The notes beneath the pieces are model-generated. The model was not told the DNA's origin. It did not search any database and saw only the letters and a list, made by a program, of their open reading frames with translations. Shown here in pieces: positions 51,477 through 64,000 of a DNA stretch of 64,000 nt. The position numbers and the translations under genes were made by a program. Position 1 is the first letter of the stretch, and each line of letters starts with the position of its first letter. The DNA comes from Owenia fusiformis (taxonomy: Eukaryota), in assembly GCA_903813345.2 (NCBI GenBank), contig CAIIXF020000001.1, positions 9,424,001-9,488,000 of the forward strand. The letters run 5' to 3'.

Positions 51477-54400
51477 ATGATGAATTCTGTATTTACAATT
51501 GCAACTTTATATGCACTATTTGCAGTATTTCTTCAACAGTCTCAGGTGAGTGATTTGAGAATTCACGAGTGCTTTTTCATTTAATTATATTTTATTAATT
51601 GTTCAGCAATATAATTTAAGTTAGTAGTATTATATTATTTATATTTGTAATAGTAGTTTTGTCGTTTTAAAATGAATGATCATACCAGGCATATACGTGG
51701 TATGGAATCTTGGAATGAGGAAGAGCTTAAGTTTCACAATCTGTCTTATCTGTAGCTCTTCCCAATTGTTTCTCTTATTTTAATTTTGGAAACAAGGCGT
51801 CAGTTTGAAATAAAAAATGTCCTTTAATGTATGTTCCCTCTTATTTCTTTATTTGTAATAGAAAGGCGAAATCTATTTTCTAAATATTTTGTTATTGACA
51901 CTTGTGGTCACAAATGATTTAGTGCCGCAGAACACAAAAATGAAAGGCAAGATAAATAGAAGGACGTTTCTAATCAGTTATCTAAGGTAACGTTATTAAA
52001 ATAACTTCAGTATCAATTATCTACTGAAATATTTCAATGATTCTGTAAAAATCAAAAAAATCTGCTTTTGGCAAATATCACTGATTACAGGATGCCAAAA
52101 TCTGATAAGATTTTTCTTTGGAAGGTTGATTATGAATAGTATATCATGCGAATGTTGGCAGCATAAAAGACGCTAGGGGATGCGCGATAATAAAATATGT
52201 AAAGTATATTTGTCCCGATCTGTCAACTGATAACAACAAGTGTTCTAATATACACAGGCGCCTATTCATCTCAATTTTAACCAACGTTTTATTTTCTAAT
52301 CATTTTATTTACCTAGATGATAGTTTTCACAATTACAAGCCTCTAGGTATTATTGTTCCATTTGTCATATATTTTCGATGTCTTGGACAAATGCCTAGAT
52401 GTCCATAGTTTCTCATTAGGTAATCTTTATACAGTTTGTGTGCACAGTTGAACATAATGTCTATTAGTTTAGATAATAAAACAAAATTCTAAATCGTTGA
52501 TATAATATATTACATCATAATGATGGGTGTCACCACGAACGTTTACTAATACCCTTAGCTTTGATCACGAGGCAGGGTCCTTGATATGACTATTTCTTTT
52601 GTTAAGGCTTACTCATATTTTTGTTTCGATATTGTTCAGGTCCTTTACAATAGACCCTCAATAACTGCATTGTAAAAGAGTGGTATCGTGACCGTCCAGG
52701 ACACCGGGAACTGCGCCAAATATACTCACGACTCATTAAACAAAAATAGTGAATCATAAACACACACTGACATATTTTAATTGAATACAATTGTACAATA
52801 TTTTGACCTGTTTTGTGATCCTTTTTAACAATAAAAATGCTTCTATTTTTTTTAATGACATGTTGTAATGGTGGATTCTTAGCTTCGAATCACAGAGAAT
52901 AACGCCGTCTGTATGCATGCTCTTACAATTTTCTTTATCATTTGTCAGAGTGTTCCTATCCAGTCATCTACAAGTACTCAAGCGACAACTAGTGATGGAA
53001 CGCAGGAAAATGTTTCTCTTTGGCAACCACCGAACAATAGAAGTTTAGAGGAGTGGCTCCAGAACAATGGACAACCTGAGGAAGAGTGGAAGAAGGTGCA
53101 AGAAATGATGCAGCAAATCCAACAGATGAACTGTCTGAAAAATGGAGGATGCCCTGCTTCAGACGCCCCTTCTGTAAGTACTATTGAAGAATATAAAGCC
53201 CCGGGTATAAAGCACTAATGCGGATCATGTATTCATCTTATATGTTTTCCAAGTTTTAGTTTCTTATTACAGAGAAATAATCAAGTACATAATGATCATA
53301 CATACATGACTTATATCTGTAGTTTTCATGAATATGTGTTTTCAGTATTCACTTACACATTAAAAACCTCAATTTTTAGGAAATAACCGATGGTGAATCT
53401 TCAATGTCAGACCTGATGGATGATGACATTATATTGACCATCGAGCAAGCTCAATTCATACTGGAGCAAATGCAATCTAGGAAGAAAAGGAAAGTTCATA
53501 GTTTTGATCGTTTCCCAACAAAGAAGTGGTCAACAAGGGAGCCAATAAAATACAAGTTCGATGGACAACACAGTAAGTATTTACCTATAAATACAAATCC
53601 AGTTATCTGTGAAATCACTAAATGTCTTTAAAAATCAAAATATCATGGAATGAATGAGTCAATGACAAAATATTTATTTTACGTTTTCAGCTGTTTTTGA
53701 GCTAACGAAGATCAAAGGTGCTTTATCACATTGGGAAGAGCAGACCTGTTTGACTTTCCAAGAAGTATCAAGAAACGAGATTGTGTCAGGGTCCCATATA
53801 ATCTTCACCAAACACCGTGGATGTTCGTCATTCTATGGAAGACAAGAGAGGATTGTACCTCAGCCCGTTAGCTTAACAGCAGCCTGTATCGGATGGGTAA
53901 GTTGACATAGTATGTACATTACATGATGTTCAAATAAATAAGTAGCCACGTCCAAATATATTGCAATAATCTACCCTCGGAGTAGCAATCACCAAACATC
54001 CATCTTGCTCTATCAAACTTTGGACATATTGATTGATTGATCAATAGAACGTTGTAATTGAGTGCGACTCGGAGCTGGGACCATCATAATCCAACATCTA
54101 TGTTCGTCTCAGCTCGGAAGAAGCACGTCAGCATCATACATCTAAATTAAATTTTCTAAAATCGTTGTAGTTTGGTACCATGGCACATGAGATTGGTCAC
54201 GCTATAGGATTCTGGCATGAACACGCTCGACCAGACCGTGATGACCACATCAAAGTTATGTACAACAATATCAGAAACGGACGACAGTCTCAGTTTATCA
54301 AACAAAACTGGCTCAACACAGACAGCTATGGAGTTGGTTATGACTTGGGATCTGCTATGCATTATCATTCTAGGGCATTTACAGCAACTGGACAGAACAC

Positions 54401-57396
54401 AATAGAGACCATAAATCCCTTGTACAAGAACACAATTGGGCAACGAGTTGCATTATCATTTGCTGATGTCAAAGTTGCCAACCTCGCATATTGTGCAGGT
54501 AGGAATATAAATTATAGTCTATGTTTCAGCTTTTAGAAAGCGTTATTCCACAAGCAAAAATAACACGATAAGCTATATATGTAGATTACCATTGTATTGA
54601 TACATCTGATCTCATTACAGATAAATGTCATCGTGGATTATCACAGCAGTGCCAGCACGGGGGATACCAGGACCCCAAGGCATGTGATAGATGTAGGTGT
54701 GCTGATGGATGGACAGGAAAGTACTGTGAAGATTTGGCTCCACCTAAAGAAGGTAAATATGATACTCAGAAAATATTGTGTACTTACAATGTTCAGTTTA
54801 TAAAACCAGTGCAAAACATTTATGAATATTACATGTGTCAGCATCGACATGACAGTTATCATGGTGAACATTGTGAATTCCAGCAAAGTGTGGCGGAGTG
54901 TTGTTCGCAGAAACTGAAAATACAATGACCCAGAGTATTCAGTCACCAGGCTACAATGACGGCAAATACGAAAATGGACAGGAATGCAACTGGCTTATTC
55001 AGGTAAACACCTATAAGATTTCTAATAGAAAGAACAGGGTAATTGACCCTATTTCTTCAATAGATAATAGGAAAATGGCATACTGAATGAAACTGTCCAA
55101 AATTAAGTATGACGTATACCTTAGTTAAATCGTTGTCAGTGAAGATGAAGAAAAATTAATTTTATTTCATACTTACATTTTCAGGCACCTGCTGGTTCAC
55201 GAGTTGTGTTGTACTTTGTGGATACATTTGGGGTATACTGTACACAGCCCTCGGTAGGAAACGCATGTTTCCACTGGGTTGAAGTAAAATACAAAAACAA
55301 TAAGGAGCAAACTGGACCTAGGTAGGTGACTTAACTTAAAATACACAATAAATGGAAAATGATCAAAACTCTTGTTTAATATAAGCTATAAATCAATAGT
55401 TTTTAACAAACAGATATATTCTACGTTACATGAAAATTGTTTGTCAGAACGAATTTGTGTATTTAATTCTATATATTGTTTTTAGATTCTGTTGCTACTC
55501 AACTCCAAGTGATCGAGTGACGTCTGAAGGCAATGAGATGCAAGTACTCTTCAGAGCCAACCATACTGCATCTAGATATAAGAGGAAAGGCTTCAAGGCT
55601 AGATACTACGCTGAACCAATAAATGAATGTGAGAGTTCACCTTGTACACATGGAGGACAATGTGTCGATGGTGTCAATGAATACACTTGCAAATGCCCAA
55701 AAGGATTCGGAGGAAAGAATTGTGAAAAGGAAATCGGTAATTAAAGTTATGTTAAAAATATACTTCAACCATCAATTGATTCAGGAACACATATATGATG
55801 CTCAAATATTATGCTGTATCTTACATGACTTGTTTTCTTTGATTTTAGAAACAGATATCTGCTTTGAGAAATGCATGAATGGAGGTACGTGTAAAGAATC
55901 AGAAAATGACGCTGAAGAATCTTTCAAGTGCTTGTGCACAAAGGGATTTACAGGACCAACATGCGAAATAGGTAAGAACAACTGAATGTGCTTGTGAATG
56001 TTTGACTACGCTTTTGTTTGAATGGAATGTGCATGATTTTTAGGCATTGGATATTCACGTATCGACCATTTTGTCAACTCATGTCACGGTTCTTGCACGT
56101 ACATGTACCATGCTTGGTTTTTAATGGTGAAAGTATATATCTTCTGTTTCATCACTTCAAAATTTGCCTCAGAAATCATTGATAATGATATTATGAACTA
56201 CTATTGTATCTCCTGCAACACTCATTTTACATTGGCATCTTGGTATCTCCTCTTTACTTTGAATCTCGTCATATCACTGCAATGTTTATTAATTTAGTAT
56301 AATTGTATACTGATGTGGACTACTGATTTGTATATTTTGCATGAGTATGTAGATATACACACACTACTAATGGTATAAAGCATCGTTTTACATCTGCATC
56401 GTGCATACGTACTATTTGAGATCACGTAGATATTTGAAATACTTACAAGCACAATAGTATAGTAAAATCAATACACCAGTGAAAAATTTGCCAAGATGCT
56501 AATGTAGAAGTGATGCTATTTATATTAAAGAACTAACTATGCATGACTTACCTTGAATTGTAACTTCTAGCATGCGGTGGTTGTTCATCAGATCCTGGGT
56601 CTATTCAACCCTCCTGTGGAGGGAGTTGCTGCAGGGGAGCTATGCTTGTATCTGGAGATAGATGTGAAGGTATTCTACATGTTTGAAACAAACTATTTTG
56701 AAATAAAACATTTTATTTGAAAGAAGCTTACTCCAATGGGTAAAATCTTTGAAACCCCATCATGATTTACGTAATGCACTTATTTTCACCCATGTATACA
56801 CTAAATTTGTCCAAAATGAAATACTAGTAGTGTTGGAAAATAAATTTTCAATTTGTAACATCTTTGTTAAAGAAATCATTGTCAAAATCTGCCAACTCAT
56901 TAACTAATGAAAATCTGTTGTCCGGTTTTTTAGTTGCTGTTACCTCAGATTGGAGCACGTGGAGTGACTGTAGCAATAAATGTGGAGGTTGTGGAATGAG
57001 ACGCCGAACACGTAAAATTACCACCAGTCTATTTTCCAAGGTCAATACAGAATCCACGTCATGTAATGCTCAGAGATGCCCAGCCACCGATGACTGTGAT
57101 TCCAAGAGAATATGTAGATTCTTCCCACGCTCACTGCAGTGTAGACGGTAAGGTTTAAATCTAGAAAAGATAGAACTTACATTATATTATGTCAGAATAG
57201 TAAAGGAATCACAATGGTCAAAATCTGAAAATAAATGCGCCTCTGGAACAATTATTCAAAAGAAGCGCATTAAAATATTTCACCGTGAAAACTTATCACG
57301 AATTCACGATTTATTTTCTTCAATTTTAGACCCTGTCCCAGATGTTGCCAAGGATACCATGAAGACAACAACGGAAACTGTGTACTCACTTTATAA
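51477..57396 (+). CDS. Astacin (M12A) metalloprotease paralogue: signal-pro-astacin-EGF-CUB-EGF-EGF-Cys-rich-TSP1. Exons 51477-51545, 52949-53173, 53380-53572, 53691-53896, 54171-54498, 54621-54752, 54884-55002, 55185-55321, 55486-55736, 55849-55971, 56571-56669, 56934-57147, 57330-57396
   Basis: Signal peptide [56 protein letters not shown], EGFs, [15 protein letters not shown]; all junctions GT-AG and in phase. Confidence 0.92.
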
Positions 57397-59662
57397 TATC
57401 CTAGCGTATGAGGTCGCGTCTAGGAAACAGCAAGGATGCCAAGGTATTGCAGTGATAGTCTGCAGACTGTGAAGGACATTAGTGATTGAAGCAATGTTTG
57501 CTTGTTCTTTGAAACCTCATGAAAGGTTAAGGAGTTCAAAGGAGTTGACTCTTGTCAATGGTTGAGAACGAATCAGTTGATGCGGCTTCATCACAGGGCC
57601 TCGAAAATAAAGAGGAAACAATTAACACTCAACAAGAGTTAATTAACAGTATACCCACAAAAGCATAAACCAAAGATTTCGATATTACTTAAATATCTAT
57701 CGCTAAGTCAGATTTGTGTTATCAGTGTTAACGTTTACAGGACAATATATTATTGCATGTTACTTATATATTGTTAACAACTGAATACTAGCAACTGCAA
57801 TTTGGCTTATTTACATATAAAATCAGTTTTTTCAGGCTGAATGTCTCAGGGACAACCACATTATCATCACAATATCATCTAATAATACCATATCACGTCT
57901 GCAATTTAAATTACATTATTTTGTTGAATCTTTATTCACGTGATTTAATCAATATTTCAACTATACAATGTTGATATCAAAATATAATTTTATATCAAAA
58001 GTCCCAGAATTTAATTTGACAATCAACAACCAGGTTATCTTGATTTCTATAACAGAACTTTTTTGTTTTGAACTGGCTGTGTATTTTATCAAAGTTTTCA
58101 CGTATACAAGACAATGGTATAAAAGAGAATACAATGCCATTACGAAACGTACCGTTATGTGCAACTACTTGTATGTACAAGTAGCCGTATCAAATTACGA
58201 AGCCTTTTTACAGCTATGGATTTTTTGAAAGTAATTGAACCAAAACCAAAGTGTTTTTGCAGACAGTTACGTTCTGCAAATTATATTACTATTATTGTTT
58301 TGATTGCAGTGTTTTATTTTCAAAAGTCTAAATATTATATAACTTTTGAATGCTATAATATAGCTTTTAATTTATTTTAACTGTACAATGCCGCTGTGTT
58401 GGCAATTTGGCTGGTCCATTGATTGTCGATCAAACGTAGTGACAAAATTGTAAATATATGCATCATTATATAAATATATTTTATTTAATATTTTTATGAC
58501 AAAATCAAACGGCCAAAGCTACATATCGTATTTAATTTATTAATTAATAACTTGTGTTATACACAGTTATATTATACTATATTTTATTAGACAATTATAA
58601 ATAAATTTTATATGCATCCCCATCATTCATATTTTTTGTTATTAGTGTTATGTTGCTCTTTGAATGAAGGATTTCCCACTTGTCATTCTGTACCAATCAG
58701 AGGTCGAGTTACAGTCATGTGCCATGATTTTTAAAAACATTAGTTGCTAGGTTACTGATAGAAATAATATCCTAATTTGTGTTTGATTATATTTCTGACT
58801 CATTTTTCTGTAGTATATTGTTGAGTAATATAATGGCATGCTCCAGAAATGTCAAAAGTCTGGACCGATCTGCACTTAAAACAAACCTTCAATAATTAAA
58901 ATGCTAAGAATTCTAACTTCACTGGTAAATCTATATGTGTTCCAAGTGTCTTACATCTTCGACTTCCAATGTTTGTTCACATACAGTATATATGTATGTA
59001 CATACATACATGTATATGACATATACATATTTCTGAACAAAGGTATACAGTCTTTACAGACAAACTTCTCAATCGTTCAGAACTAGAACGTGAATCGTAC
59101 AGTTGATCTAAACTTCTGTGTCAGGATAGTTCAATTTAAATGACTAGATCATTGTCTCTATAATACCTGGGGAGTACACAATACACAAGTTTCCTCCCAT
59201 AAATTTATAGTTCTTAGACTAATTAGGGACCAAACTTTATACATGATTCCTAACTTAGGAAAGGACTGTGCAGGCGCCCATTCCCTTTCAAAAAATGTTG
59301 TTTCATGCAACCATTTTTCCCTCCACAACATTAACTAGAACATATATACATATCCTCAATTCCACATTCGAGATGAAGGCAAAAATGGTCATAATTTTTC
59401 AATAGAAAGATGGAATAGTGGGGTTTGTTTACTAGTCAATAATAAAGGTTTTTCATATTCCTCTGCTGTAACTACTACTATGTCTGCTAGAAGTCTCATC
59501 CAAGTTGTCTTCCAAAAACAACCTTTTGAAATAAAGAAAAAAAATTTCGTGTGTTAAACGTTTATGAAGAATTACATGTAATAAAGTTACCGATAAAATA
59601 CTACGTATTCACAGTGGAAAAGTGGGTCAACCTGCAGCATAAAAATCAACAGAGAGTCGAAC

Positions 59663-62600
59663 ATGGGAACTGATAACGTAGAAAGTCATATTGAAAATGG
59701 TTCCAGTAAGAAAAACGAAAAGAGAATTGATAAGAACGTTAAGGCAAAACCTAAAGGATGTGGACAATGGTTTAACAAATACTTTTGCGAAGGTAGGTAA
59801 TCTATTTTTGTCTTTTTATCATTTTTTATTTTTATATATGCTACGTAATGCTTTTAAGGGTCTGATCTTTTGGAATCGTTTCTATGGATATGTTACGGAT
59901 GTCACCGACATGACCTATCCGCTCAATTCGTGGAGGAGAGCAGAAAACTGTTAAAGCCCAAATTTTCACTGACAAAAAAATTCACTATTTTGTCCATGTG
60001 AAATGTTTCATGGGCATTAAATTTCACTGTTTGAGGAAATATCCAATTGAGTTCAATGTTAAATCAAATATTCACTGTGCCTTTATTTTCACGGTCCAGC
60101 CTCTTTGACAGCGAAAATAGTGAAAATTAGGGCACCTTGAAAATTAGTGCTTTTTCAGTACTCGTCTATAGTGGAATTCCAATAATTGAAGTTTCCAAAA
60201 GGTACCGCACTGTTTTTTAAACATTTTCACATCTAAAATCAATGTAAAATTATGACATGAAATATTACCTTGAAATCGAAATTTTACATTCACACCCGTG
60301 GCCCCTGTTCACGGTTGACCCTACTCATTCAGAACAGACAGCTAGGCCTATTGATATAATTATGCCCCTTTTTGAAGGATGGTATTAAATGAAAACACTA
60401 TAATTGCTGCATCCCTGCTCAAAAATTATTAAAATTCATGAATTATAAAAGAGTTGAAGTAATACAAAAATATGGGTGTTTTGATCAACCCTACATACGT
60501 GTACTTTAGTTACCACCATACAGTACATACACGAATATATCATTGCAGCATTGTTTGGTTTGGAAAATACACAATTGCCTTTGAAATCTTCGTGGAAAAT
60601 GCATTTTAAAAAGAAGATTTTCATAGCATTTTAAACAGTTAAAATCTAGGTTAGGATTTTTGAGAAATAAATTTTGAGGCCAAGTAGATTAGACCAGTGT
60701 TTAGCATGCAATGGACTCTTAACCAGCCTAATGGTAAAATATTCTACTGTCAGGATGACTCTGGTAAAAAAACGATTAATTACCAAACATAAATGTTTTC
60801 TTTGACTGCCTAAGGCTTAGAAAATCTTAAAATGAATGAATGAATAGGGTAAAACTGGTATATATGTTATCGTTTCAAACTGACATAGCAACTTTATTAT
60901 AGGTATAGTATCAGAAGGGTAAATCTCTTGACAGTCTGATGGTTCCACAAAATCACAATATAAAATATAAATAGCGATTGGGTCCCTCGTATAATTGACT
61001 TGTGCTTAATTAATGGCAATAAAATCTGATAAAAAAAACAAGATATAAGTGAAACATTATAGATCAGCATTCTGATACTCATAACATCTTTCTGTTTCAC
61101 CTGAAACATGTCAGGACTGAGAAGAAATGAGATGTCGTGGTTTATCATGATAATAGATCAGTGTCAGTGGATCTGAGTACATCATTTCAATCGACTTGTA
61201 ACTTACATTCACTATTTGTAGGACAAGCACTAGAACATGTTGAAGAACTTCCTGTTGATGCCTCTATGGGCAGGAGGTTTCTGGTGAAATATAGACGCGC
61301 GATAGGGTTCCTCATTCCAACAGTCTTCTGTCTTGTTATATGGCTGGCTATAGCCATCAAAAAGAACCTCTGGCCTCTCTTTGTAGATAACTACTTCATG
61401 AGCATCACGATGATATTTGGATCCCTGATTGCAGGTATATGTATTACAGTAAATAGAGATAAATAAATGATGATATCGTGATTATAACAAAATTGTTATG
61501 TTTTTAGCTTAACACAACAAAATATCTGTTCTTATACTTTCCAAAAATATTTGGGAGCGGAATTCATATTCGTTCATCATGTGCATATGCTGATAAACTG
61601 TACTTTGTTGAATCAACACTGCCATCTTTCGGTGTTTCAGGGATGACAAGTGAAGGAGCTGCAGCTATCGCATTTCCTGTGATGACACTCGCTTTCAAGA
61701 TATCTCCAAATGTTGCCAGAGATTTTGCCTTAACCAGCCAAAGCTGCGGTATGTCTGCAGCGACCTTCACAATTCTGTGGATGCGGGTTAAATTGGAATG
61801 GACAGCCATTATTGTGTGTTCTGTCGGAGGTATGTTTGGTGTTATCATCGGCCTTGAAGTAATAGATGGCGTCCTGACTCCCCCACAGAAGAAATTCATA
61901 TTCGTTTCGATATGGTTTTCTTTTGGATTCGCACTGTTTCTATTGAACCGTTATAGACACAGGCGCACTTTTGAGGTGATTCCCTATATGAATCCTTGGA
62001 AGATCCTCGTTCTGTTGCTGACTGGGTTCATAGGTGGGATATTTACATCCATAGCAGCGAGTGGAGTGGACATTTGCACGTTTAGTATTCTCACCCTCGT
62101 GTTTCGAGTCTCTGAGAAAACAGCTACTCCTACTTCTGTAATACTGATGGCTGGAAATGCACTGTTCGCATTCTTCTGGAGAGATGTGATGCAGGAGGGG
62201 ATACACCAAGATGCCTGGAGTTATTTGGCAGTAACGGCTGAGATTGTAGTAGTCGGGGCTCCACTGGGCTCTGTCATTGGCACCCATTTCCATCGGCTTG
62301 TCCTGGCTGGTTTTGTGTACATCATCGGTACTGCTGCGCTGATAGGTGCCTTTGCAATTGTAAGGCCACTGGCACCTGCACTTGTTGGTCTTTCTGTTGG
62401 AATTATTGTCGGAGCTTTCATTGTATTCGTTTGTCTGACACGTGCAGGTCAGATGCTGTTATCCTCTGTGGAGGAACAGGAGAATAATGATCTAAAGAAG
62501 AATGAAGATCCGCTGGAGAACATGGACAACAAGAACGAACACAACGAAGTAGACACAACCATAGAACCCACTGGAGGAAATACCAATAACTCATTTCAAG

Positions 62601-62686
62601 ATCTATACATATACAGTAAAACCTGCGAACAGGGAATGCTCTTCGGACTGGAGGAAAGTTTCCTTGTTCAGAGGTTTTCCCTATAG
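59663..62686 (+). CDS. TauE/SafE (sulfite exporter)-like multi-pass membrane protein; exons 59663-59792, 61222-61434, 61641-62686
   Basis: Spliced frame WFNKYFCEGQALE...MIFGSLIAGMTSEGAAAIAFPVMTL...QSCGM...GFIGGIFTSIAASGVDIC...ATPTSV...VVGAPLGS; many hydrophobic helices in two similar halves. Confidence 0.8.
59948..60158. mobile_element. Degenerate CTGT...CAG|TA MITE in intron 1 of the TauE-like gene
   Basis: CTGTTAAAGCCCAAATTTTCA ... TGAAAATTAGTGCTTTTTCAG|TA with repeated TTTCAC/GTGAAA motifs. Confidence 0.5.
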
Positions 62687-64000
62687 AGAGGGGCCGCACT
62701 TTCAGCAAACTCAGAATTGCCGAATAAGCATTTTTTGTTTATATTTGGGCATTAATTGATTTTACCAATGCCAACTCCATACTTGGTTGCTAGACCTTGT
62801 TGTGACATCTTGGAAGATGTATGAAGGTCTCCCACCTCCCTCCTTTAGCTGAGGGTAAGGAGCATTCTCCCAATGTTGATTTTAGCCGCTGCTGCTGGCG
62901 TATGATGATGTTTAGTTGTAATTATTGATAGATTTGGCTCAACATGACACATTACTTATCTGTTATCTCCATAAAACAATTGTGTCAATCCCTAGATTAT
63001 CACAACTGATTTGATGTAATTATGTTTGTTGAAAGGACGAATTAGTGTCATGATAATTAGTAACAAACAGATTAGTATTAGTTTTAAAATATATCAGGGT
63101 AATTAACAGTGGGTGGGATGCTACATCTTGTAAACAATTGGCTTATCTTAATTTCAATCATATTAATCCAAGCTTTTTAGAATCAGATATTGGCTTAAGA
63201 CTTTCACACCTCTGAAATATAATGGAATATACAGGGTCACCAATATTCCATTTTCCTTGTTCACAGGTGAATTTTCATAATTTGCCCCAAAAAGTGTTCC
63301 TTGTTCCCTGTTCACAGGTTTTCCCTACAGAGAGGGTCCGTTAACATGTAAGTCAATGGAAAAATATTTGGTTCTTTTGAAAAGCATTCCTTGTTCATAG
63401 GTTTTCCCTACAGAGAGGTATTCCATCGGACAGGTTTTACTGTAATTACATCATATCTATCAGAGGATATTGATTCCTTGGATCAATAAGCGTGTAATAG
63501 TTATCATGGAGTCTCCAAGGTTGCCAGGAGATATCTGAATTTTGAATAAGGTTTATTTTAACATACAAGTTGACGCGAAAGCAAAGTTGTTGCAGTACTT
63601 ACATGAGTAGGGGGACAATGGTTGACTTTTCATAGATCATTTGATTTTAAGAGTTACCACAAAGGAAGTTGGAGCTGAATTCTCCCTATCTAGTTCAACC
63701 AACTATAGCCACCATTTATCAGCTTGAGATTGCTTAGGTAAAACTAAATTTCCACATCAAAATAACATCATAAAGGATAACATTTCATAAAAAAATCTGT
63801 CTTTATTTCCATAAAAAATATCTACACTTTATACACATATTTACATTGTATATATTGTCATAATATACATCACTTATATACACCTCTCCCATAACATTGC
63901 ATACTTTTGAGATAGGCCAAGTCCATAATACTGAAATTAGTTGTATTTAAATATAAAAATCCATATACCATTGTCTGTTCTTTTGGTAGTTGGAAGCAAA

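Noticed and set aside
59691-59954. 87-aa ORF as a separate gene
   Set aside because: Overlaps the first coding exon of the TauE-like gene (59663-59792) in another frame and runs into the intron.

Overview
AT-rich, intron-containing animal genomic DNA, probably from a marine invertebrate. Host genes reconstructed by hand from GT-AG exons: RNF32 (minus strand, 3' end lies beyond the left edge), a METTL24-like methyltransferase (+), two head-to-head astacin metalloprotease paralogues (astacin-EGF-CUB-EGF-EGF-TSP1) and a TauE/SafE-like membrane protein (+). The first ~32 kb is dominated by transposons. A CR1-group LINE and a multi-level nest (hAT-like element > L1/Tx1 LINE > satellite-bearing Helentron-type element > TTAA MITE) sit in RNF32 introns. 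The most notable feature is an 11.7-kb Mutator-like element (18663-30354; imperfect TIRs, TSD tacagttt) inserted into the short divergent promoter between RNF32 and the METTL24-like gene. It carries one ~2,230-codon reading frame, broken by a single TAA, that joins an SGNH hydrolase, a 17-copy 53-aa repeat, a CG-1/WRKY-GCM1-like segment, a MULE DDE transposase, a SWIM finger, a Ulp1-type protease and a PHD finger. All family assignments come from motif recognition by eye; no database search was run.
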